Shown here in pieces: positions 1 through 7,167 of a DNA stretch of 15,503 bases. Source of the DNA: a bacterium (GTDB taxonomy: Bacteria > Myxococcota_A > UBA796 > GCA-2862545). Position numbers and translations under genes: made by a program. The stretch spans positions 1 to 15,503 of the forward strand of contig JAUHWK010000050.1 of assembly GCA_030424555.1 (NCBI GenBank), in the 5' to 3' direction. The notes beneath the pieces are model-generated. The model did not search any database. It was not told the origin of the DNA and saw nothing but the letters and a program-made list of their open reading frames with translations. Numbering within the stretch: position 1 is the first letter of the stretch; each line of letters begins with the position of its first letter.

Positions 1-1
1 C

Positions 2-832
2 CCGGAGCGGTGGATGTTCCACGGGCCAGCGTTCCAGGGCATCGTCGATCTGGGTCCCACGGGTGCGGACGGGATCGAGGGCGCCGTCGTGTCGCTGCCG
101 ACGCCGGGTGCGACGATGGACAACGTCGGCCAGGTGTTCGGGTTCTGGGGGTTCGAGCGCCTGGATCAGGATGGACTGGGCTTCCCGGCACGCATCGGTC
201 GGATGACGTTCCACGGCCCGATCCCCGAGCCGGGGGCGCGGCTGGAGGTGCGTGCGTGGATCGACGGCGTCACCCCGGCGGCGTACCGCGGCGCGATGGA
301 GGTCCAGCACCGGGGCGTGGTGTGGTGCACCATCGACGGCTGGGAGAACCGGCGGTTCGAGACCGACGACGTCGTGTTCCCCTTCCTGCGAAAGCCGGGC
401 GTCCACGGGCTCGCGGAGCCCCTGGGAGACGGCGTGTTCGGCGTGCGGGAGCGCTGGCGGACGGCCGCGAGCCGCGAGCTGTTGATCCGTCGCTACCTGG
501 ACCGCACCCACCTCGCGCGCTGGGAGCAGGTGGCGCCGTGGGACCGGCGTACCTGGGTGCTGCGCCGGGTGGCGGCGTGCGACGCGGTCCGCGCCTGGCT
601 GTGGGATGACGGCCACGGACCGCTGTTCCCGATCGAGGTCCAGGTGGACGATGCGCCGGATGGCGGCCTCGTGGTCCACACCCCCACCGGCCGGGACCTG
701 CGGGTGGTGGTGCAGGTCGGGGACGGGGTCGCGGTGGCGGCGGTCGCCGAGGGAGAGGTCCCGACGTTGGGACCGGATGCGCTGGCGTTGGCTGGCCGCG
801 ACGACGACGACGACACCCACGCGGTTGCGTGA
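2..832 (+). CDS. Partial CDS (5' end outside window): C-terminal region of a hotdog-fold dehydratase-like protein, possibly the DH region of a PKS/fatty-acid-synthase-like protein
   Basis: Frame 2 is open from the window edge (pos 2) to TGA 830-832. Segment RIGRMTFHGPIPEPGARLEVRAWI fits the hotdog pattern (RFxxPVxPGDxLxxEVE of FabZ/PKS-DH). Strong GC3 bias. Lies immediately upstream of an ACP gene. Family assignment is from motif memory only. Confidence 0.4.
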   Translation, partial: PERWMFHGPAFQGIVDLGPTGADGIEGAVVSLPTPGATMDNVGQVFGFWGFERLDQDGLGFPARIGRMTFHGPIPEPGARLEVRAWIDGVTPAAYRGAMEVQHRGVVWCTIDGWENRRFETDDVVFPFLRKPGVHGLAEPLGDGVFGVRERWRTAASRELLIRRYLDRTHLARWEQVAPWDRRTWVLRRVAACDAVRAWLWDDGHGPLFPIEVQVDDAPDGGLVVHTPTGRDLRVVVQVGDGVAVAAVAEGEVPTLGPDALALAGRDDDDDTHAVA

Positions 833-847
833 GGTCCGGAGGACGGC

Positions 848-1114
848 ATGAGCGAGAGCACCCTGCACGCGATCACCGGCATGATCGGCGAGGTCCTGGG
901 CGACGAGATGGTGGACGAGCCCATCACCATGGAGACCTCGTTCGCCGACGACCTGGAGATCGAGAGCATCGAGCTGGTTCAGCTGGCCGAGCTGGTCGAG
1001 GCACGGTGGGGCGAGAAGGTCGACTTCAACGCCTGGATCGCAGGACAGTCGATCGACGACGTGATCTCGCTCACCGTCGGGGACCTCGTCACGTTCGTCG
1101 ACTCGTGCCTCTGA
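848..1114 (+). CDS. Stand-alone acyl/peptidyl carrier protein (88 aa)
   Basis: ATG 848 is preceded by GGAGG (838-842, 5-nt spacer). An 88-aa acidic four-helix-type protein with FADDLEIESIELVQL, i.e. a candidate phosphopantetheine-attachment Ser in an ExS(I/L) context in place of the classic DSL. Stop TGA 1112-1114. Confidence 0.7.
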   Translation: MSESTLHAITGMIGEVLGDEMVDEPITMETSFADDLEIESIELVQLAELVEARWGEKVDFNAWIAGQSIDDVISLTVGDLVTFVDSCL

Positions 1115-1866
1115 TCGACGGACCGGCAGGGGCGCTGCACGTCGTGGACGTGGGGCCGGGGGGCCCTGGCACGCCGCTGGTGATGCTGCACGGCCTGCTG
1201 CTGGGCAACGTGGCGAGCTGGTACTTCACCGCGGCGCCGACGCTCGCCCGGTCTCGGCCGGTGCGTCTGTACGACCTGCGGGGCCACGGGCGCAGCGCGC
1301 GGCCCGCCAGCGGGTACGATCCAGACACGATGGCGGACGATCTCGACGCGGTCGTGGCCGATCTCCCCGGTCCGATCGACCTCGTGGGCCACAGCTACGG
1401 GGCGCGGGTGGCGCTGGCGTGGGCCGCCCGCAACCCCGGCCGGGTCCGGCGGATCGTGCTGGTGGAGATCCCCGGTCGAACCGGGGCGAACGCGGAGATC
1501 TCGGCGTTCTTCGAGGCGGGGCCCGAGGCGATGGTCGCGGCCCTCCCCGAGGGACTCCGTGCGGCGGTCGCGAATGGCCGGCGTCAGGCGCGGCGCTTGC
1601 TCACAAACCTCGCGGGGCTCGCCACCCAGACCACCCTGCTCGCGGACCTGGGCTCGGGAGGCGACGTCCCCGACGCTGTCGTCTCCGCGTGTACCCACCC
1701 AGTCCTGGTGGTGGTGGGGGCGTCGTCGGCGTGTGCCGACGATGGCCGGGCCTTGGCGTCGCGGCTCGCCGACGCGCGGGTCGAGGTTCTGCCGGGCGGG
1801 CACTACCTGCACCTCGATGCCACCGCCGCCCTCACCGAGACCATCGGAGCGTTCCTCGATGGCTGA
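1105..1866 (+). CDS. Alpha/beta-hydrolase-fold protein, thioesterase-like (paralog 1)
   Basis: HG oxyanion region LVMLHGLL. Nucleophile elbow VGHSYGARVA (G-H-S-x-G). C-terminal catalytic His in LPGGHYLHLD. About 253 aa, typical of type II thioesterase-like hydrolases. Start is uncertain: GTG 1105 overlaps the ACP stop, GTG 1144 is an alternative. The ORF-track start at 829 is an artefact that overlaps the ACP in another frame. Stop TGA 1864-1866. Confidence 0.7.
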   Translation: MPLIDGPAGALHVVDVGPGGPGTPLVMLHGLLLGNVASWYFTAAPTLARSRPVRLYDLRGHGRSARPASGYDPDTMADDLDAVVADLPGPIDLVGHSYGARVALAWAARNPGRVRRIVLVEIPGRTGANAEISAFFEAGPEAMVAALPEGLRAAVANGRRQARRLLTNLAGLATQTTLLADLGSGGDVPDAVVSACTHPVLVVVGASSACADDGRALASRLADARVEVLPGGHYLHLDATAALTETIGAFLDG

Positions 1867-2644
1867 GATCACCCCCCACGACGTCACCCTGCACGTGCAG
1901 ACCACGGGCTCGGGATCCCCGGCGGTCCTGTTCCTGCACGGCCTCGTGATGGACAACCTGTCGAGCTGGTACTTCACCGCCGGGACCCGGGTCGCGCGGG
2001 ATGGCGCCACCGCGGTGTTGATGGACCTGCGGGGGCACGGCCGGAGTGAGCGGCCGGCGACCGGCTACGGCGTGGAGGTCCTGCTGGCCGACATCGTCGG
2101 GGTGCTCGACCACCTCGGCCACGCGCAGGTCGTGGTCGCGGGCAACAGCTTCGGCGGACAGCTCGCCGCGGCCCTCGCGATCGCCCACCCCGAGCGGGTG
2201 CAGGGGGTCGTGCTGGTGGACGCCCACCTGGGCGCGGAGGGCTGGGGGGATGCGATGGCGTCGACCCTTTCCCTCACGGGCGAGGCGCGTGACACCATGA
2301 TCGCGACCCACTTCCAGGACTGGCTGGGGCGCCACAGCACGCGCAAGCGCACGCGGCTCGCCGACACGGCGCGGGCGCTGGTGGAGGGCACCACGTTGGT
2401 CGCCGACCTCCAGGCGTCGCCGGGGCTTGAGGACGACGCGATCGCCCAGTGGACCATGCCGGTCCTCGCCCTGTACGGACAGGACAGCGACCTGCGGGAC
2501 GAGCCCGACCGGCTGCGGCGGCTCGTGCCCCACGCGGACGTGCGGGTGTTCGAGGGCGCGACCCACTCGCTGATGTGGGAGCGAACGGCCGAGGTCGTGG
2601 ACGCGATCGCGGGTTTTGTGGCGGGGTTCCGATGCGAAGGGTGA
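1859..2644 (+). CDS. Alpha/beta-hydrolase-fold protein, thioesterase-like (paralog 2)
   Basis: ATG 1859 overlaps the upstream stop (ATGGCTGA). Clear paralog of the upstream gene: both have LHGL...N..SWYFTA and DLRGHGRSxRPAxGY. Nucleophile elbow here is AGNSFGGQLA (G-N-S-x-G); catalytic His in FEGATHSLMWE. The ORF-track N-terminal extension from 1559 is not supported. Stop TGA 2642-2644. Confidence 0.75.
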   Translation: MAEITPHDVTLHVQTTGSGSPAVLFLHGLVMDNLSSWYFTAGTRVARDGATAVLMDLRGHGRSERPATGYGVEVLLADIVGVLDHLGHAQVVVAGNSFGGQLAAALAIAHPERVQGVVLVDAHLGAEGWGDAMASTLSLTGEARDTMIATHFQDWLGRHSTRKRTRLADTARALVEGTTLVADLQASPGLEDDAIAQWTMPVLALYGQDSDLRDEPDRLRRLVPHADVRVFEGATHSLMWERTAEVVDAIAGFVAGFRCEG

Positions 2645-3813
2645 TGATCGTTGTGCCCCCGCTGGTGGGCCACATCCAGCCCACGGTCGCCCTCGGCCAG
2701 GCCTTGTTGGCCCGCGGACACGACGTGGTGTGGGTGGGCTACCCCACGCGGCTCGAGGGGCGGGTTCCGCCGGGAGGGCGCCTGCATGCGCTCCAGCACG
2801 GGATGGACGATGCCGCGCTCGCGGCCGTCAAGGCGCGGGGCCTGGGGCTTCGTGGGGCGGCAGCGTTCAAGTTCTTGTGGGAGGACCTGTTCTTCCCGCT
2901 GTCCCGCGCGATGCTGGACGGCGTGGCCGAGGCCGTGGCGGCCGAGCAGCCGGACGTGATCGTCCACGATCAGCAGGCGTTCGCGGGCGCCCTCGTCGCA
3001 CGCCGAGCGGGGATCCCGCTGGTGACGAATGCGGCGACGTCGGCCCAACTCTCGGATCCGTTCGACAGCCTTCCTCAGTTTCGAACATGGCTTCAGGACG
3101 GGATGGCGTCCTTGGCCGAGGCGGCAGGATTGCCGGCCGATCCGAGCCAGGTGGCGTCCGACACCGCGATCCTGGCCTGGTCGACCCGTGCGCTGGTCGG
3201 CGACGCGGCGCTTCCACCCCAGACGGTGCTGGTGGGGCCGGCGCGGGGGCCGAGGGCGGACGCCCCGCCGTTCGCGTGGGACCGACTGGACGATCGCCCC
3301 CTGGTGTTCGTCAGCCTGGGCACGGTGTCGATCGACATCGGCGCGCGCTTCTTCGAGGCGGCGGCCACGGTGTTCGCGGAGCGGCCTCACCTCCAGGGCG
3401 TGTTGGTGGCGCCGCCCGAGGCGGTGCAGGCCCCCGACAACCTGCTCGTGGCCTCCTACGTCCCCCAGCTCGACCTGCTCGCGCGGTCGACGGCGGCCGT
3501 GTGCCACGGGGGCCACAACACCGTGGTCGAAGCACTGAGCGAGGGGCTCCCGCTGGTGGTGGCGCCGGTGCGCGACGACCAGCCGGTGGTCGCGGCGCAG
3601 GTCGAGGCGGCGGGCGCAGGGGTGCGGGTTCGGTTTGGACGCATCCGGGCACAGACCCTGGGGGCGGCGCTGGATCGGGTCCTGCAGGACGGGGCGTTCC
3701 GGGCGGCGGCGGGCCGGGTGCGGGACAGCTTCGCGGCCGCGGGGGGCCCGGCGCAGGCGGCGGACGTCGTCGAGCGCGTCATGCGCGAAAGGTCGACGCC
3801 ACCTCGTCCATGA
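2632..3813 (+). CDS. GT1-family UDP-glycosyltransferase (MGT / macrolide-glycosyltransferase-like)
   Basis: N-terminal MRRVMIVVPPLVGHIQPTVALGQALLARGH is the GT-B N-domain GH(I/V)xP motif. C-terminal CHGGHNTVVEALSEGLPLVVAPVRDDQP matches the UDPGT/PSPG-type nucleotide-sugar binding signature. Start is ATG 2632 (overlaps upstream gene by 13 nt) or ATG 2644 (TGATG junction). Stop TGA 3811-3813. Confidence 0.8.
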   Translation: MRRVMIVVPPLVGHIQPTVALGQALLARGHDVVWVGYPTRLEGRVPPGGRLHALQHGMDDAALAAVKARGLGLRGAAAFKFLWEDLFFPLSRAMLDGVAEAVAAEQPDVIVHDQQAFAGALVARRAGIPLVTNAATSAQLSDPFDSLPQFRTWLQDGMASLAEAAGLPADPSQVASDTAILAWSTRALVGDAALPPQTVLVGPARGPRADAPPFAWDRLDDRPLVFVSLGTVSIDIGARFFEAAATVFAERPHLQGVLVAPPEAVQAPDNLLVASYVPQLDLLARSTAAVCHGGHNTVVEALSEGLPLVVAPVRDDQPVVAAQVEAAGAGVRVRFGRIRAQTLGAALDRVLQDGAFRAAAGRVRDSFAAAGGPAQAADVVERVMRERSTPPRP

Positions 3814-4978
3814 GGGCGTCCATCCGGCCGTCGGAGGCGAGGTTGACCGGGATGCTGGCGAGCAGGTCGAACCCGTCGGGCGTGCCGACCAGCGCCATGA
3901 ACAGCGAGGTGACGGGGGTCCCGGGGGGGATGAACACCACCTGTCGCCCGGTGAAGCCGGCGCCGTGCAGGGGGGAGGGGTCCATCCGGCCGAGGTTGGA
4001 GAGCACGCCGGTGCTTCCGTAGCGCCCGGTCTTGCCGTGCTGGCGTCCGCGGTGGCGGGCGACCGCGCGCATCAGCCACAGTGGAACGTGGCGTAGGCCG
4101 TCGGCGGGGAGCAGGCTCGCGGCGGGCTGGTGGGCGGCGATCGCCTGCACGAGGGCGTCGCCGAGGTCGTGGCTGTCCTGCCCGGGCTGGACCTCCAGCG
4201 AGATCATCCCCGTGAGGTTTCCGGTGGAGCGCACACTGGGGTGGTCGCGGCGGAGATCGGCGGGGATGTCGAACCGGATCGGGGCGTCGTCGCCGTGGTG
4301 GGCGCGGGCGTGGGCGGCGACCGCGTGGGCCACGCGGGGCAGGACGGCTTTGTGCTTTCCGGGGATCGATCGGCGCGTCCAGACCACCTCGTGGGACGTG
4401 CCAGTGGGGCGGCCGGTGGGCGCCACGTAGCGGTCTTCGGGGGGCGTCATCGGCTCCAGGCCTTCCGGGCGGGGCAGGTCGCCGTCGAAGGTGGTGTCGG
4501 CGTGGCCCACGCACGGCTCGCCGCGGAGCGCGCGGAACACGTCCTCCGCAAAGAACTGGGTTCCGCGGCCGTCCATCGTGGCGTGGGCGGTGCGGAAGGC
4601 GACCCGGGGGGTGGGGCCGTGCATCAGGACCACCTCGGTGGTGGGCCCGTGGTGGGGATCGAGGGGCCGCTGGAGCCAGGGGGCGCCGTCGCCCGATCGG
4701 CCGTCCCATGGGCTGCCGTCGACCTCGGTGACCGGGGGGACAGGACCCCGGTCGTCCCAGACGGTCCAGCCGACCCAGCCGCGACGGACGACCCGGGCGC
4801 CGGGGTTGGCGCGTGTGGCCTCGGCGACGGCCTCACGCCAGCGCGCGGCGTCGAGCGTGCCCTCGCCCTCGACGATCATCTGGTTGTTGAACGGGGCGAA
4901 CAGCTCGTGGGCGACGACCCAGGCGCGCTCGATGCCGGACATCGGACGACGGTAGGCGGGGACGAGGGTGGTGGTCAT
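3779..4978 (-). CDS. Condensation-domain-like acyltransferase (PapA5 / WS-DGAT-like), 399 aa
   Basis: ATG (rc of 4976-4978) overlaps the stop of the upstream methyltransferase (ATGA). Contains RTAHATMDGRGTQFF, a variant of the HHxxxDG catalytic motif of condensation/PapA/WS-DGAT acyltransferases in which the second (catalytic) His is retained. Length and N-terminal region are similar in layout to PapA5-type enzymes. Stop is rc of 3779-3781. Confidence 0.6.
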   Translation of the reverse strand: MTTTLVPAYRRPMSGIERAWVVAHELFAPFNNQMIVEGEGTLDAARWREAVAEATRANPGARVVRRGWVGWTVWDDRGPVPPVTEVDGSPWDGRSGDGAPWLQRPLDPHHGPTTEVVLMHGPTPRVAFRTAHATMDGRGTQFFAEDVFRALRGEPCVGHADTTFDGDLPRPEGLEPMTPPEDRYVAPTGRPTGTSHEVVWTRRSIPGKHKAVLPRVAHAVAAHARAHHGDDAPIRFDIPADLRRDHPSVRSTGNLTGMISLEVQPGQDSHDLGDALVQAIAAHQPAASLLPADGLRHVPLWLMRAVARHRGRQHGKTGRYGSTGVLSNLGRMDPSPLHGAGFTGRQVVFIPPGTPVTSLFMALVGTPDGFDLLASIPVNLASDGRMDALMDEVASTFRA

Positions 4979-5844
4979 GCGTCCTCAGGCGCCATGCGGG
5001 CGGTGAACACGCGCTGCTCGGTGCGGGTGTCGAGGTGGGGGACGGCCCACGCGTCGGGCGCGTCGGAGGGGGCGAGGGTGCGAACCTCCGAGAACCCGGC
5101 GGACCGCAGGTCGTCGAGCACATCGGCCTGCGATGTGGGATTTTCGGCCAGGCCTTCGCCCCCGGTGAACCGTCGCATCCAGGCGCCGAGCAGGCGGGCG
5201 ACCCAGCCGGGCGGCGGCTTGTCGGCGGGCGGCACGTAGTCGAACGCGACCCAGCCCCCGGCGGGCCGCAGGCGGGCGGCGATCCGGTGCAGGAGGTCGC
5301 GGCGCGCGGCGTCGTCCAGGTACATCAGCAAGCCCTCGGCGAGCACCATCGTGGGGCCGTCGGTCCCGGTGAGGTCGACGAGGTCGGCGCCGCGCAGGTC
5401 GGCGGGGAGCCGGGTGAGGGTGGGACGCGCGGACACGGCCTGTCCCTGAGGATCCCGGGCCAGCAGGGCGGCCTTGTACGAGACGACCTCCGGCAGATCG
5501 ACCTCGGTCCAGGCGACGTCGTGGGTGGCGGTGAACGCGGTGCCGCGGGGGGACAGGCCCGCCGCGAGCTCGAGGACGGTGGTGGCGCCTTGTGCCAGCG
5601 CTTCGTGGACCAAGGCGTCCAGCATCACGTGCCGCTGGACGAGCCCGTGCCGCAGGCTGGGGGCGTTGCGGACGAACCACCCGGCGATGCGCAGCACGCC
5701 CTCGACCGTGCCGAACACCCGGCGGGTGGCGACGGACGCGTAGCGATCGGCACCCGGCCGCTCGGACCAGGCCCACACCCCGGCGGTGTACAGCGCGGTC
5801 ACCGGGAGACCGCCACGGGGGACGGGGGGATCGACGGGGGCCAC
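4975..5844 (-). CDS. Class I SAM-dependent methyltransferase (TIGR00027 / leucine-carboxyl-MT-like putative O-methyltransferase)
   Basis: GTG start (rc of 5842-5844) with GGAGG 4 nt upstream. Motif I VLELAAGLSPRG (cf. VVxLGAGLDTR) and EVDLPEVVSYKAALL (cf. EVDQPxVIxFK) match the actinobacterial TIGR00027 methyltransferase family. 289 aa. Confidence 0.75.
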   Translation of the reverse strand: MAPVDPPVPRGGLPVTALYTAGVWAWSERPGADRYASVATRRVFGTVEGVLRIAGWFVRNAPSLRHGLVQRHVMLDALVHEALAQGATTVLELAAGLSPRGTAFTATHDVAWTEVDLPEVVSYKAALLARDPQGQAVSARPTLTRLPADLRGADLVDLTGTDGPTMVLAEGLLMYLDDAARRDLLHRIAARLRPAGGWVAFDYVPPADKPPPGWVARLLGAWMRRFTGGEGLAENPTSQADVLDDLRSAGFSEVRTLAPSDAPDAWAVPHLDTRTEQRVFTARMAPEDA

Positions 5845-5913
5845 GGCACCTCCGAGGCGACGGCGCGATGACGCCGGCTCGGGGTCCGGCTACCCGCCTC
5901 GCGGGAGGTGTGC
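5845..5913. promoter_or_regulatory. Divergent 69-bp intergenic region, presumably carrying back-to-back promoters for the MT-acyltransferase operon and the PFK-2/FBPase-2 gene
   Basis: This is the only non-coding gap between divergently oriented genes in the left half. It contains RBSs for both genes (GGAGG on each strand). No -10/-35 boxes can be called confidently in this GC-rich sequence. Confidence 0.3.
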
Positions 5914-7161
5914 ATGGCGTGGCGTCCGGTCGACCTCGATCCGCTGGTGTTGGTGATGGTGGGCAAGCCCGCCCGCGGCAAGACGTTCACCGCCCGGCGG
6001 CTGGCCCGCTACCTGACCTGGCTCGGCTACCGGGCCCGGGTGTTCAACGTCGGGACCTACCGGCGGCGGCACCTGGGGGCGGGTCAGCCCGCGTCGTTCT
6101 TCGACCCCGACAACGCCGAGGGGGTGGCCGCCCGGGAGACGATGGCCCGCGAGGCGGTCGATGACCTGATCACCTGGATCGGGGACGGGGGGGAGGTGGG
6201 CCTGCTCGACGCCACCAACGGCCGGCGAGACCGACGGGACTGGGTGCGGCGCGCCTGCGAGGAAGCGGGCCTGCGCGTGCTGTTCATCGAGCTGTCGGTG
6301 GAGGACGACGGGGTCATCGAGTCCAACGTGCGCGGCACGAAGATCCACGGGCTGGACTACGAGGGGTGGGTGGCCGACGACGCCGTCCGCGACTTCATGC
6401 AGCGCATCGCCGCGTACGACCGCGCCTGGCAGCCGCTGGACCCCGCGGAGGGCGACCACATCCGCCTGATCGACGGCGGGCGGCGCATTGAAGCCCAGGG
6501 CCTGCACGGACACCTGGCCGGTCGGCTCGCCACGTTCTTGCTCCACCTGCACCACGGCACCCGCTGCATCGTCCTGTCCCGACACGGGGAGAGCCGGTTC
6601 AACCTGGAGCATCGGATCGGGGGGGACGCGGAGCTGTCGGACCGGGGCGCGGCCTACGCCCGCCGCCTCCGGGACTGGGTCCATCGCCCAGGCCAGACCG
6701 ATCTGGACGGCCTCGCCGTGTGGACCAGCACGTTGCGGCGCACGATCGCCACCGCGGCGGACCTGGGGGCCCCCACCCGTCCCTGGAAGCTGCTGGACGA
6801 GATCGACGCCGGCGTGTGTGACGGCCTGACCTACGACCAGGTCCACACGCGCTTTCCCGACGAGTTCGCCGCCCGGCGCGCCGACAAGTTCAGCTACCGC
6901 TACCCACAGGGCGAGTCCTACCAGGACGTGATCGACCGCCTCGATCCGGTGGTCCTGGAGCTCGAACGCCAACAGCGCCCGCTGATGATCGTCGCCCACC
7001 AGGCGGTGCTGCGCGTGCTGTACGGCTACCTCGCGGGGGTCCACCCCCACCGGATCCCGCACCTCGAGATGCCGCTGCACACGGTGATGCGGGTCACGCC
7101 GGGGGCGTACGGCACCACCGAGACCCGAGAAGTGCTGGGGCCGGAGGCCGTCCAGACCTGA
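5914..7161 (+). CDS. Bifunctional 6-phosphofructo-2-kinase / fructose-2,6-bisphosphatase (PFK-2/FBPase-2)
   Basis: GGGAGG at 5903-5908 then ATG 5914 (GTG 5908 is an alternative). Kinase domain: LVMVGKPARGKTFTARRLARYLTWLGYRARVFNVGTYRR (cf. eukaryotic VMVGLPARGKTYIS..LTRYLNWIG...FNVGEYRR), LLDATNGRRDRR (cf. FDATNTTRERR) and LFIELSVEDDGVIESN. Phosphatase domain: IVLSRHGESRFNLEHRIGGDAELSDRG (RHGE phospho-His motif, cf. [24 protein letters not shown]) and IVAHQAVLRVLYGYL (cf. VICHQAVMRCLLAYF). Confidence 0.8.
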   Translation: MAWRPVDLDPLVLVMVGKPARGKTFTARRLARYLTWLGYRARVFNVGTYRRRHLGAGQPASFFDPDNAEGVAARETMAREAVDDLITWIGDGGEVGLLDATNGRRDRRDWVRRACEEAGLRVLFIELSVEDDGVIESNVRGTKIHGLDYEGWVADDAVRDFMQRIAAYDRAWQPLDPAEGDHIRLIDGGRRIEAQGLHGHLAGRLATFLLHLHHGTRCIVLSRHGESRFNLEHRIGGDAELSDRGAAYARRLRDWVHRPGQTDLDGLAVWTSTLRRTIATAADLGAPTRPWKLLDEIDAGVCDGLTYDQVHTRFPDEFAARRADKFSYRYPQGESYQDVIDRLDPVVLELERQQRPLMIVAHQAVLRVLYGYLAGVHPHRIPHLEMPLHTVMRVTPGAYGTTETREVLGPEAVQT

Positions 7162-7167
7162 TCGGGC

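Noticed and set aside
829-1866. ORF-track 345-aa version of hydrolase 1 starting at 829, and 361-aa version of hydrolase 2 starting at 1559
   Set aside because: The N-terminal extensions overlap the upstream genes (ACP, hydrolase 1) in other frames and translate to Arg/Gly-rich low-complexity sequence. The conserved hydrolase N-termini begin near 1105-1144 and at ATG 1859, which sits in a coupling overlap.
2616-4022. 468-aa plus-strand ORF, 483-aa (2065-3516) and 417-aa (3456-4709) minus-strand ORFs overlapping the GT / hydrolase / acyltransferase genes
   Set aside because: All are Arg/Gly/Pro-rich with no motifs and sit out of frame or antisense to genes carrying clear GT1, alpha/beta-hydrolase and condensation-domain motifs.
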